From positions 62,294 to 126,293 of IMG/VR virus record IMGVR_UViG_3300032334_001128: a stretch of DNA of 64,000 nucleotides. The stretch is one strand, 5' to 3'. Under the pieces are notes generated by a model. It saw nothing but the letters and a program-made list of their open reading frames with translations. It was not told where the DNA came from and made no database searches. Below, piece by piece: positions 37,728 through 47,147 of this stretch. Position numbers and translations under genes: made by a program. Within the stretch, counting starts at the first letter, position 1, and every line of letters starts with the position of its first letter. Origin of the DNA: a virus.

Positions 37728-40700
37728 TAGTTTATTCCGTATAGATAGGCGGTTCCAGTGGCTGAAGTAAAAGTTCCAGTAGATGCTGTAAATGTTATTG
37801 AGGTGATTGCTGAAGTTGATGACCCTACTCCCCATCTAGAAGACTGACTTGAAGCACCAGTTCCACCTGATACCCATACAGTTGGTCTTGTTTGAGAGTA
37901 GTTTGGTATCTCTACTGTCATTAAATCTCCAATTGAGGGTGCTCCGTTAGTTATTGGTATGACAGTTGCTGAAGTGCTTACTGATGAAGTTGTAGAACCG
38001 GTATTATACAGCGTATAAGCAGTAGCAGTTCCACCATTAAATTGAATTTGTAAGTTTCCAGTAATGTTTCCAGCATTTGTAAAAATTATCTGAGCAACAA
38101 GTTTTTTGTATGTTCCTGGAATTGAAGTAAATGAAGGTGCTGCTCCAGAGAAAGCAAGTGGAGTACCGCTACCTGAAGCAACATTGTATGATCCAGTTAC
38201 TCCTTGTGCTCCAGTTGCTCCAGTTGTACCTTGTGTCCCTGTTCCAGTTAGACCTTGAATTCCAGATGTACCTTGAACACCTTGTAGCCCAGTTGTACCT
38301 TGAATACCTTGAGTTCCTGTAGTTCCTTGGCGACCTTGTACACCCTGAATGCCTTGAGTGCCTTGTAGCCCAATAATTGAAAACTTCCAAGAGGAGCTTG
38401 AACCAGAACCAGAAAAAGATGTAATGTCTACTGTAAAATAATTATTGTCTCCGTCATAATCCAAAGAAACTATAGTTCCTTCTAGATATCTAGCAGTATT
38501 AGTTTGATCAATAATTCTTATATTTGCTCCAGCAGCATAGGCTTCATGTGAACCAGATGAAGGGTAAAAAGCCTTTAAACCAGTTGAAAATGTATGAAGA
38601 CTTGTGCTAGTTACTGTATATCCTGCACCAGTAGGTCCTGTATAACCAATAGAGCCAGTTGTACCTTGAGCACCTCTATCGCCAGCAAGAGCAAGAGTCC
38701 AAGAACTATATGTTCCTGAACCATTTATATAGTCAATAGTTGTTATTAACTCACCAAACTCGCCGAATGCAGTGACTCTACCTTCCATATAGTTTGATTG
38801 ATATGGTGCCTCTGCTATAAATCTAACTCTTACACCTATAACATTAAAACCTTTAAAGTCATTACTATTACTTGAGAATGCCTTAGAGCCTAGTGAAATT
38901 GTATTAGATGATGAACTGTATACTCCTGTATAGCCAACTCCATTGATTCCTTGTGTCCCTGTTCCAGTTAGACCTTGAATTCCAGTTGTACCTTGAGTTC
39001 CTGTAGTTCCTTGGCGACCTTGTACACCTTGAATGCCTTGAGTGCCTTGAGCACCCGTTGTACCTTGGGAACCTGTAATGCCTTGTAATCCTGTAATACC
39101 TTGTAAACCAGTAGTACCTTGAGTACCTGTTGTCCCTTGAGCACCTGTTGTTCCCTGTGCTCCATTTGTACCTATAAAACCGCTAGTACCTTGAGCACCA
39201 GTAATTCCTTGTGTACCTAAACCTGTTGTACCTTGTAGTCCAGTTGCACCTTGAGTCCCTGTCGTACCTTGAGTTCCTGTTGCACCCTGCAATCCAGTAG
39301 TACCTTGAGTTCCGTTAGTTCCGTTAGTTCCGCTAGTGCCTTGAGTACCAGTTGTTCCTTGGGCTCCAACTGGACTTATAGAATCAAGTGAGCCGTCACC
39401 CTTTACATACTGAGCAGAAGTTCCACCTTGAGTGATGAACTTATCGGCGTTGATTAGCTGAAAATAGTCAATGGAGTTTGTTGTTCCACCAGTGCCCGAT
39501 GAGGCAACCAGGGTCGAGTTTGGCTTGTCGTACACGCAGTTGAGGATTGAGTAGAAGCCGATCAAAACGACTGGTGCGACATTGTTTAGTGCGGAAGTCA
39601 GTAGTTGACAGTTTGCTAAAGTAATCACACTTGAGGCAGCCGATGTCACGGCATTGGTCACAGCAGCAACGACTACAGAATCTACAAGGCTTAGAGTTCC
39701 AGCAGTTAGAACAGGGGCAACGGTGACAGCACTTTTTACAATCACATTGGCACTAGCGTTGTTGACGGTTATGAAGTTTGGGTTACCGCCAAAGATGGCA
39801 ACTAAACCTGCTCCAGTAATGCTTGCGGCACCGAGATCACACAACCGAAGAACGGTGTAGTCAGCGTTGCTGCTCTTTGTAAAGGTTCCAGAGACCTCAC
39901 AGTTTAGGATGTTTACGTTTCCCGTAGCGGTTGGGGCAGTTACGGTTAAGTTTGTCATCTTTATACCTGCAATAGTACAGCCAACACTTGTGCTTAGAGT
40001 TCCAGAGAGTACAATGTTTCCACCGATAAGCCCAGGACCTGTTATGGTAGTGTATTGGACAGTTATTGACGGGCTTTCAGTGTACGTTCCTGGGTGAACA
40101 ATAATGGTTTTACGCTGTGAATCTACTAAAGTCAATGCCTTAGTAATAGAAGCAACTGGAGTAAGCAAATCACCATTACCAGTAGTGTCATTTCCATCTA
40201 CTTGACTAACGTGAATTTCATAGTCATAGCCTGTGAAGGTTGTGCCTTGTACACCTTGAATACCTTGGACAGAGAGACCCTGAGTTCCTTGAATACCGAT
40301 AAGACCTTGAGTACCTTGAGTACCTTGAGTGCCTTGAAGTCCTTGAGGACCCTGAGGACCCTGAGGACCATCATTACCAATAAAACCTATTTGACCTTGG
40401 ATACCCCTTTGACCCTGAAGTCCCTGAGTACCTTGTGCACCTTGGGCACCTGTTGTGCCTTGCACACCTTGAGTTCCTTGGGTACCAGTTGCACCTGAGC
40501 CTCCATCTGGCCCTTGAGGTCCTGTTACACCTCTTAGACCTTGAAAACCAGTAGTTCCTTGTAATCCTTGGGTGCCTTGAGTACCTGTTGAGCCCTGAGC
40601 ACCTGTAGTTCCTTGACTACCAGTTGTACCTTGAGATCCAGTGTTACCAGTTGTACCTGTTAAACCTTGTGTACCAGTGGTACCCTGCGAACCATTGGTA

Positions 40701-42100
40701 CCGTTAGTACCACTCGTACCCTGAGTTCCAGTTAAGCCTTGAGTACCCGTGGTTCCCTGCGTACCAGTTAATCCTTGTAATCCAGTAAGCCCTTGAAGAC
40801 CTGTTGTACCTTGTGTACCTTGTGTACCTTGCAACTGAGCAAAGCCAAAGCCTTGAACACCCTGAATACCCTGAATACCTTGTGTACCTGTATCACCTTT
40901 ATCACCTGTTCTTACAAAGGTGACTATAATGTCGTCTGAGTTTGCAAATGTGGCTGGGTTTCCAGACACGTAAGAACCAGTTACGGTGAACCAGCCTGTG
41001 TTGCTAGTTAATGCTGTGATAGTAAATAATGCAAATACACTGGCATCAAATTTCTTTGCAATTCTAAAGTGACCCTTAATAGCAGAACTAGAGTCGTCAA
41101 TAGTGTTAAGGAAGCTGGATACATCGGTTGTTGCATCATTACTTGCATCAACATACATCTGAGTTGCAGATGAGATCGTAGCGTTGTTAAATCTTATAAA
41201 ACCAGTACCTGGGTCGGCTGCTGTAGTAGTTGTGCTGTAGGTGTAATCAAAAGTTGCTCCACCAAAGTTTCCATCTCTACCTACGGTACCTTGGATTCCT
41301 GTTATACCCTGTGTACCCTGTAGGCCTTGGATGCCCTGTGTTCCCTGAGCACCTTGTGCACCTGTAAGACCTTGAATACCTGTCGTACCCTGAACGCCTT
41401 GTGTTCCTTGTACGCCTTGTGTTCCTTGCGTACCTAAAGCACCTTGAGTCCCTGTTGTACCTTGAGTTCCTGTCGTACCTTGAACACCTTGAACACCTTG
41501 AACACCTGTAGCACCCTGAGTTCCCGTGATGCCTTGAGAACCTGTAATACCTTGTGAGCCAACCAATCCTTGAGTACCTGTTGCACCTTGTAGTCCTGTT
41601 GTACCTTGTGCACCAACCACACCTTGAGTGCCTTGACTACCAGTAACTCCTTGTACGCCCTGAGTTCCCTGAACTCCTTGTACGCCCTGTACACCTTGAG
41701 TGCCTTGTGAACCGACTGCACCTTGTAGTCCAGTTGCACCCTGAGTACCTACCGAACCTTGTGTTCCAGTTGTACCCTGTAGTCCGGTAGTTCCTTGTAT
41801 GCCTTGAGTACCTTGTGTACCCAGTGCACCCTGAGTTCCTGTAGTGCCTTGAATACCTTGAGGACCTTGTATTCCTTGAATACCTTGGGTACCTTGAGTA
41901 GCGATTCGTCCTTGGATACCTTGAGTGCCCTGAGCACCTTGTGTACCTTGTACTCCTTGAATACCTTGGAGTCCGGTAGCACCTTGTGATCCAACAGCAG
42001 AAACAATTACTTTATTTTCTTGATCTTGGATAATTACGTGATTAACGTCCGAAGAATCAATGATTACTTTATTTGGGAGATCTTCATATATTGGAGACAT
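37727..42100 (-). CDS. Collagen-like (Gly-X-Y) fibre protein with interspersed globular domains
   Basis: Several long uninterrupted GTQ/GAQ/GTT/GLQ tracts, a beta-helix-like domain, two tandem beta modules and a C-terminal jelly-roll-like domain. Confidence 0.88.
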   Translation of the reverse strand: MSPIYEDLPNKVIIDSSDVNHVIIQDQENKVIVSAVGSQGATGLQGIQGVQGTQGAQGTQGIQGRIATQGTQGIQGIQGPQGIQGTTGTQGALGTQGTQGIQGTTGLQGTTGTQGSVGTQGATGLQGAVGSQGTQGVQGVQGVQGTQGVQGVTGSQGTQGVVGAQGTTGLQGATGTQGLVGSQGITGSQGITGTQGATGVQGVQGVQGTTGTQGTTGTQGALGTQGTQGVQGTQGVQGTTGIQGLTGAQGAQGTQGIQGLQGTQGITGIQGTVGRDGNFGGATFDYTYSTTTTAADPGTGFIRFNNATISSATQMYVDASNDATTDVSSFLNTIDDSSSAIKGHFRIAKKFDASVFALFTITALTSNTGWFTVTGSYVSGNPATFANSDDIIVTFVRTGDKGDTGTQGIQGIQGVQGFGFAQLQGTQGTQGTTGLQGLTGLQGLTGTQGTTGTQGLTGTQGTSGTNGTNGSQGTTGTQGLTGTTGNTGSQGTTGSQGTTGAQGSTGTQGTQGLQGTTGFQGLRGVTGPQGPDGGSGATGTQGTQGVQGTTGAQGAQGTQGLQGQRGIQGQIGFIGNDGPQGPQGPQGLQGTQGTQGTQGLIGIQGTQGLSVQGIQGVQGTTFTGYDYEIHVSQVDGNDTTGNGDLLTPVASITKALTLVDSQRKTIIVHPGTYTESPSITVQYTTITGPGLIGGNIVLSGTLSTSVGCTIAGIKMTNLTVTAPTATGNVNILNCEVSGTFTKSSNADYTVLRLCDLGAASITGAGLVAIFGGNPNFITVNNASANVIVKSAVTVAPVLTAGTLSLVDSVVVAAVTNAVTSAASSVITLANCQLLTSALNNVAPVVLIGFYSILNCVYDKPNSTLVASSGTGGTTNSIDYFQLINADKFITQGGTSAQYVKGDGSLDSISPVGAQGTTGTQGTSGTNGTNGTQGTTGLQGATGTQGTTGTQGATGLQGTTGLGTQGITGAQGTSGFIGTNGAQGTTGAQGTTGTQGTTGLQGITGLQGITGSQGTTGAQGTQGIQGVQGRQGTTGTQGTTGIQGLTGTGTQGINGVGYTGVYSSSSNTISLGSKAFSSNSNDFKGFNVIGVRVRFIAEAPYQSNYMEGRVTAFGEFGELITTIDYINGSGTYSSWTLALAGDRGAQGTTGSIGYTGPTGAGYTVTSTSLHTFSTGLKAFYPSSGSHEAYAAGANIRIIDQTNTARYLEGTIVSLDYDGDNNYFTVDITSFSGSGSSSSWKFSIIGLQGTQGIQGVQGRQGTTGTQGIQGTTGLQGVQGTSGIQGLTGTGTQGTTGATGAQGVTGSYNVASGSGTPLAFSGAAPSFTSIPGTYKKLVAQIIFTNAGNITGNLQIQFNGGTATAYTLYNTGSTTSSVSTSATVIPITNGAPSIGDLMTVEIPNYSQTRPTVWVSGGTGASSQSSRWGVGSSTSAITSITFTASTGTFTSATGTAYLYGIN

Positions 42101-42462
42101 TATCTAGTCACCTGAGCTTTTACCTTGAAGTTTCCTTCAATAATGGTAGTTTTTTGTCCTCCTCCAGAAACTAGCTCAAGATCGTAAACATATTGTCCAG
42201 GTAGAAGTTGTGCAGTAACTGATGAAGCTACAGTAAGAGTGATTGTTCCTAAAGCTCCACCAAGAACTATTCGACTATTTTCAGTAGTTAGCTCCAGTAG
42301 AAAGTTTTGAGATGTTACTGCTTCTCTGACTTGCATTTTTGCAGTGTATCCAGTCAAATTATGGGGGACTTTAGCGTTGTTAGTCCAGGTCAGGACACGG
42401 GATAGTGTATCGCCTTGTGTAAAGGTGATGTTATAAACATCGGAAGATCCGCAGCTGCTCAT
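42100..42462 (-). CDS. BppU-like beta-sandwich fibre adaptor
   Basis: QGDTL, NLTGYTAKMQVR, ITLTV, GQYVYDLEL, IEGNFKV. Confidence 0.7.
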   Translation of the reverse strand: MSSCGSSDVYNITFTQGDTLSRVLTWTNNAKVPHNLTGYTAKMQVREAVTSQNFLLELTTENSRIVLGGALGTITLTVASSVTAQLLPGQYVYDLELVSGGGQKTTIIEGNFKVKAQVTR

Positions 42463-42540
42463 GGAAGTCCTTATTTTAGGGAGTTATGTCATACTAATTT
42501 TACTCTAATTAGTGAAATCTTACTTTGGTATCATTGACTG

Positions 42541-43485
42541 ATGGAATCCCTATTTACTGACCTTGGTGGGGAGGTTTGGCGTATTCGCCGATTTGCTGAC
42601 CCTGGAGACACTAGATTCTCGGCTTTTAACCCTTCTGTAGCCTATTCACCAGTTGAAGGTTATGTAGTCCTTATGCGATCAAGTAACTATTTTTTCGATC
42701 CTAAAACTGGCGATGTTGTTGCTACATATGGAAATAGGGTAAATAATCGCATGTGGCTAGCTAATTTAGATGAAAACTGGCAAATTATAGAAGAAACTGT
42801 GCGACAGATTGATTTTTCCGACTGTGGTCAGTTTATTAGGGGGCCTGAAGATGGTCGATTGTATTGGAGAGATGGGGCTTGGGAAATTTTATCTGTTATG
42901 AGAGAGCCAAAGATTACAGATGACGTACCTAGGTTAGGAACCTTCAGATTAACTGGAGTAAAAGCTGAACTAGTAAAACTACATACTGAGGGGGATCTTC
43001 AAGATGTTGAAAAGAACTGGATGCCAACTTATGAAAAAAATTCTTTATTTGACTTTATTTACAGTGCTACTGACACTTATCTTATTGATGTAGGCACAAT
43101 AAACGTCAGGAACCCTATTACTCAAGGTGGTGATGATATACGTGGTGGCAGTTGTTTGTGGGATCTAGGAGATTGGGGATATCTAGCTATAGTCCATGAA
43201 GTAGAGCATTTTAAACAAATGGTCTATTCTGCTAGATATTTCTCTTATGGATCTAAAAAATTTAGACGTTACTACCACAGATTTGCTAGATATGACAAAA
43301 CTGGAAAATTAATTGGACTCTCTGATCGCTTTAGATTTGCTGGAGTTAGGATTGAATTTGCAGCCGGTTTGGTAATTTCTAAAGATAATGTTATTGTTTC
43401 TTACGGATTCAAAGATGTTGCCTCATATCTAGGCAAAATTAAACTTAGCAAAGTAAAGGAGCTAATACATGACATCGACTCTTGA
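42541..43485 (+). CDS. Beta-propeller glycosidase-like protein, paralog 2
   Basis: FNPSV, GPEDGRL, EKNWMP, RGGS, VHEV, YYHRF, IEFAAG, VSYGFKD, collinear with paralog 1; leaderless promoter TGGTATCAT-N6-ATG. Confidence 0.65.
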   Translation: MESLFTDLGGEVWRIRRFADPGDTRFSAFNPSVAYSPVEGYVVLMRSSNYFFDPKTGDVVATYGNRVNNRMWLANLDENWQIIEETVRQIDFSDCGQFIRGPEDGRLYWRDGAWEILSVMREPKITDDVPRLGTFRLTGVKAELVKLHTEGDLQDVEKNWMPTYEKNSLFDFIYSATDTYLIDVGTINVRNPITQGGDDIRGGSCLWDLGDWGYLAIVHEVEHFKQMVYSARYFSYGSKKFRRYYHRFARYDKTGKLIGLSDRFRFAGVRIEFAAGLVISKDNVIVSYGFKDVASYLGKIKLSKVKELIHDIDS

Positions 43486-43708
43486 AAGCATCGCTACTGA
43501 AGATGAGGTTATTGCTTATGATGAAAATGGTGATCAAATTTTTTGCCACTATGCTGACAAAAACAAGGTTACTGAGGGCTATGTTATGGGTACTCCTGTA
43601 CAAGCACTCTGTGGGAAGGTCTTTGTTCCGCACAGAGATCCACTAAAATACCCAGTCTGTCCTGAATGCAAGGCAATTGTAGACGCACTATTTATCAAAA
43701 CTGTGTAA
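43469..43708 (+). CDS. DUF3039-like small Zn-binding protein (actinobacterial type)
   Basis: FCHY...GTPVQALCGKVFVPHRDP..YPVCPECK. Confidence 0.8.
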   Translation: MTSTLESIATEDEVIAYDENGDQIFCHYADKNKVTEGYVMGTPVQALCGKVFVPHRDPLKYPVCPECKAIVDALFIKTV

Positions 43709-43788
43709 TACTCCCTCTTTGTTTTATGAGGTATACTGGTAAAACCTCAAATACTCCCCGATAATCTGATCAGAAAGAATAATTAAAT

Positions 43789-45822
43789 ATGTTCTCTTTT
43801 AAATTAAATGAAGAATTCGTAGCGGAGTACAAGTCAAAAGAATCTCCTTTCGGTTACAAAGATGCCGCTGGCAACTCTGTAGGCGAAATTACATTCTTGC
43901 GCACGTACTCTCGTAAGAAAGAAGATGGCACTAAGGAAACTTGGGCTGAGGTTTGTGAGCGTGTAACTAACGGTACATACTCAATCCAGAAAGACCACGC
44001 AAAGCAGAACCGCTTGCCATGGTCAGATGCTAAGGCTGCTGCCTCAGCTAAGGAGTTTTTTGACTCCCTATTTCACCTTAAGTGGTCACCTCCAGGTCGC
44101 GGACTCTGGGTTATGGGAACTAACATTGTAAACGTTCAGAAGAACTCGGCTGCTTTGCAGAACTGTGCTTTTGTATCTACTTTGGAAATGACTAAGCAGA
44201 ACCCTGCTAAGCCTTTTGCTTTCCTTATGGAGGCGTCAATGCTTGGTGTTGGTGTTGGCTTTGATGACAAGGGTGCTGATAAAAACTTTGAAATCTACAC
44301 TCCGGGTGACGCTCAGGGGTATGTAATTCCTGATACTCGTGAGGGTTGGCAGGAATCTACTGTTGCTCTAATCAACTCTTATTTGAAGCCAGATCAGCCT
44401 AGCTATGAGTTTGACTACAGTGAAATCCGTCCATACGGTGCACCTATTACTACTTTTGGTGGAACTGCTTCTGGCCCAGATCCATTGATCATTCTTCATG
44501 ACAAGATCCGTGAAATCTTCAATGGTCGTGCTGGTCAGCTTTTGACTACTGTCGACATTGCTGACATCGGTAACCTAATTGGTCGTTGTGTGGTATCTGG
44601 AAACGTTCGTCGTTCGGCTGAGCTTCTTATTGGTCGCATTGAGGATGATAACTTCCTAAACCTAAAGAATGCTGAGCAGTTCCCTGCTCGTAACTCTTAT
44701 GATGCGGAGAACCCTGGTTGGGGTTGGATGTCTAACAACTCAGTTATGGTAAACGTTGGAACTGACTTCTCAAAGATTATCGATGGTATTGTCCGTAATG
44801 GTGAGCCTGGAGTTATCTGGGAAGATGTGTCTAAAGCTTACGGTCGTCTAGGTGACCCAATCAACAACAAAGATCACCGCATTATGGGCTACAACCCTTG
44901 TGCAGAACAGTCTTTGGAGAGCTACGAAATGTGTACTCTTGTGGAGACTTACCTTAACCGCCACGAGTCATTGGAAGATTACAAGCGTACTTTGAAGTTT
45001 GCTTACCTATACGCCAAGACCGTAACCCTTCTTCCTACACACTGGGAAGAGACCAACGCAATCATGCAGAGAAACCGTCGTATCGGAACTTCTATGTCTG
45101 GTATTGCTAACTTTGCTGATCAAAAGGGACTTCCAGTACTACGTACATGGATGGATGAAGGCTATGCGGTAGTCAAGAAATATGACACTGTATATTCTGA
45201 ATGGCTTGGTATTCGTGAGTCCATCAAGACTACAACTGTCAAGCCATCGGGTACTGTCTCGATTCTTGCCGGTGAGTCTCCAGGTGTTCACTGGACTCCA
45301 GGTGGTGAGTACTTCATGCGTGCTATTCGATTTGGAAACAATGATCCAATGTTGCCTCTATTCAAGATGGCTAACTACACTGTGGAGCCAGCCTCTGAAT
45401 CACCAGAGACTACTTCAGTAGTATTCTTCCCAATCAAGTCTGGTGCAAAGCGTGCAGAACGCGATGTAACTATCTTTGAGAAGATGGCACTTGCTGCAAC
45501 TGCCCAGCGTTACTGGTCAGACAACTCTGTATCTGTGACTGTAACCTTTGATCCTGAAACTGAGTCTCAGCATGTTGAGTCAGTACTCCACATGTACGAT
45601 GGTCAGCTCAAGACTGTGTCGTTCCTACCTTCAGGAAACCATGTCTACCCTCAGATGCCGTATACCCAGATTACAAAGGAAGAGTATGAGGATGCAGCTA
45701 GCAAGCTATTCCCTATTTCTCTTTCTGGTATTTACCAGGGTCTCGGTATTGAAGCTATCGGTGATGCCTACTGCACCACAGACGCCTGTGAAATCAAGTT
45801 GATTGTGGAGAACCAGAAGTAA
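43789..45822 (+). CDS. nrdJ: Class II (B12-dependent) monomeric ribonucleotide reductase
   Basis: RTYSR, PPGRGLW, LQNCAF, GNVRRSA, NPCAEQSL, RRIG, TTVKPSGT, C-terminal CTTDAC; no intein-sized insertion. Confidence 0.93.
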   Translation: MFSFKLNEEFVAEYKSKESPFGYKDAAGNSVGEITFLRTYSRKKEDGTKETWAEVCERVTNGTYSIQKDHAKQNRLPWSDAKAAASAKEFFDSLFHLKWSPPGRGLWVMGTNIVNVQKNSAALQNCAFVSTLEMTKQNPAKPFAFLMEASMLGVGVGFDDKGADKNFEIYTPGDAQGYVIPDTREGWQESTVALINSYLKPDQPSYEFDYSEIRPYGAPITTFGGTASGPDPLIILHDKIREIFNGRAGQLLTTVDIADIGNLIGRCVVSGNVRRSAELLIGRIEDDNFLNLKNAEQFPARNSYDAENPGWGWMSNNSVMVNVGTDFSKIIDGIVRNGEPGVIWEDVSKAYGRLGDPINNKDHRIMGYNPCAEQSLESYEMCTLVETYLNRHESLEDYKRTLKFAYLYAKTVTLLPTHWEETNAIMQRNRRIGTSMSGIANFADQKGLPVLRTWMDEGYAVVKKYDTVYSEWLGIRESIKTTTVKPSGTVSILAGESPGVHWTPGGEYFMRAIRFGNNDPMLPLFKMANYTVEPASESPETTSVVFFPIKSGAKRAERDVTIFEKMALAATAQRYWSDNSVSVTVTFDPETESQHVESVLHMYDGQLKTVSFLPSGNHVYPQMPYTQITKEEYEDAASKLFPISLSGIYQGLGIEAIGDAYCTTDACEIKLIVENQK

Positions 45823-46046
45823 TGGTAACCGTATACAGCAATCCAAGCTGCCAAGCGTGTGAGCAGACCAAAAGGTTTCTTACGCTAAAAGAAATTCCAT
45901 TTGAGTCTAAGATGATTCAGGATAGTCCAGAAGTATTTTCTCTTATTGAAGAGAAAGGCTATGCGTCAGCCCCCGTCGTAGTGGCGGGGGAGGACAGCTG
46001 GGCTGGGTTCCGTTTAGATAAATTGAATGAGCTAATCAAAGAATAG
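45822..46046 (+). CDS. nrdH: NrdH-like glutaredoxin
   Basis: SNPSCQACEQTKRFL, SAPVV, WAGFRLDK. Confidence 0.88.
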   Translation: MVTVYSNPSCQACEQTKRFLTLKEIPFESKMIQDSPEVFSLIEEKGYASAPVVVAGEDSWAGFRLDKLNELIKE

Positions 46047-46050
46047 TTAG

Positions 46051-46572
46051 ATGACTAGATTTAGAGACTTTGATACAAATGACGTACAAGTGTTTTTCAA
46101 AAAATACGAAGATCTGAACGTCAGGACTATGGCATGGTCAGATATAAACACTTTCTCTGATCTTAAAGAGAAAAATAAAGATCATGTGTCAAGGTGGGAG
46201 ATCACATCTCTTGGTGGTCCAACTACTACATCTATAGATTTTGGTATTTGGCTTGGAGATATTCCAATTGGAAAAATCACTTTGTGGAGCTTTGATAAAG
46301 TTCAAGGTAGATCTAAAGTAAGTTATTGGCTTGACCGGGACTACTGTGGTAATGGGTACATGACTAAAGCTTTAGGTATTGTAGTTGACTATGCTTTCTC
46401 TAATTTAAATATTAAAGAGATTTCAGCACCTGTTCAATTAGACAATGAAATTAGCATTTCACTTCTTGAAAAATTAGAGTTTACTAAATTAGGTCGATCT
46501 GTGTTTGAGACATTGGATGGGACATTAGTAACTCACTACATATACGTTAGGAATCTAGATGGCAACTTATGA
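46051..46572 (+). CDS. GNAT N-acetyltransferase (RimJ/RimL-like)
   Basis: VSYWLDRDYCGNGYMTKAL, DNEISISLLEKLEF. Confidence 0.85.
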   Translation: MTRFRDFDTNDVQVFFKKYEDLNVRTMAWSDINTFSDLKEKNKDHVSRWEITSLGGPTTTSIDFGIWLGDIPIGKITLWSFDKVQGRSKVSYWLDRDYCGNGYMTKALGIVVDYAFSNLNIKEISAPVQLDNEISISLLEKLEFTKLGRSVFETLDGTLVTHYIYVRNLDGNL

Positions 46573-46750
46573 ATATAAATGTGAAAACAATCAAGAGCAT
46601 GTTTTACAACATGTCCGTAGTATTACCGATGATGAACCGGATCTGATTTGCACTGAAGAAGGGTGCGGTGGTAAAATGATTCGTATCTTCAAAGCTCCTC
46701 CCATCAAATTTGAAGGAGGGGGCTGGAGCACTAAAGATCCATGGAGATAG
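46559..46750 (+). CDS. FmdB-like zinc-ribbon protein
   Basis: MATYEYKC...C...C...MIRIF...IKFEGGGW. Confidence 0.8.
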   Translation: MATYEYKCENNQEHVLQHVRSITDDEPDLICTEEGCGGKMIRIFKAPPIKFEGGGWSTKDPWR

Positions 46751-46775
46751 ACATCCTATAGAAAGACAAAAGAAT

Positions 46776-47090
46776 ATGGAACTCAAAGAGTTTATTGATC
46801 CAACAAACTATGTAGATCAAGGAACACCACCCTGTGCTGAAACTGATCCAGAGGCATTCTTTCCTCAAGATATTGAAGGGTATAGAGCAGCTCAATATTA
46901 CAACGAAGCTGGGGCAAAATCGGTCTGTAGAGAGTGTCCATATATGACTAGGTGTCTAACTTATGCTGTACAAAATGATGAAATTGGCATCTGGGGCGGT
47001 ACCACTGAGGGTCAGCGTAAAGCTATCCGCCGGGCTATGAAATTGAATGGCCATTCTATCCAGCAAATCAACCTGTATATTAAGCGGTAA
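46776..47090 (+). CDS. whiB: Second WhiB-family transcription factor (start reassigned to ATG 46776)
   Basis: PPCAETDPEAFFP, AKSVCRECP..TRC, GIWGGTT..QR. Confidence 0.92.
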   Translation: MELKEFIDPTNYVDQGTPPCAETDPEAFFPQDIEGYRAAQYYNEAGAKSVCRECPYMTRCLTYAVQNDEIGIWGGTTEGQRKAIRRAMKLNGHSIQQINLYIKR

Positions 47091-47147
47091 ACTAGTATTA
47101 CCCCTTGGGAGAGAGGTTATTAATTCCTACTATCCCCGGGAGAATAC

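Noticed and set aside
37727-42100. Diversity-generating retroelement repeats in the fibre
   Set aside because: Duplicated blocks show no adenine-specific differences, and there is no reverse transcriptase in the window.
43789-45822. Intein or intron in RNR, polymerase or helicase
   Set aside because: Lengths are ordinary, and I saw no C...HN splice motifs or homing endonuclease signatures.
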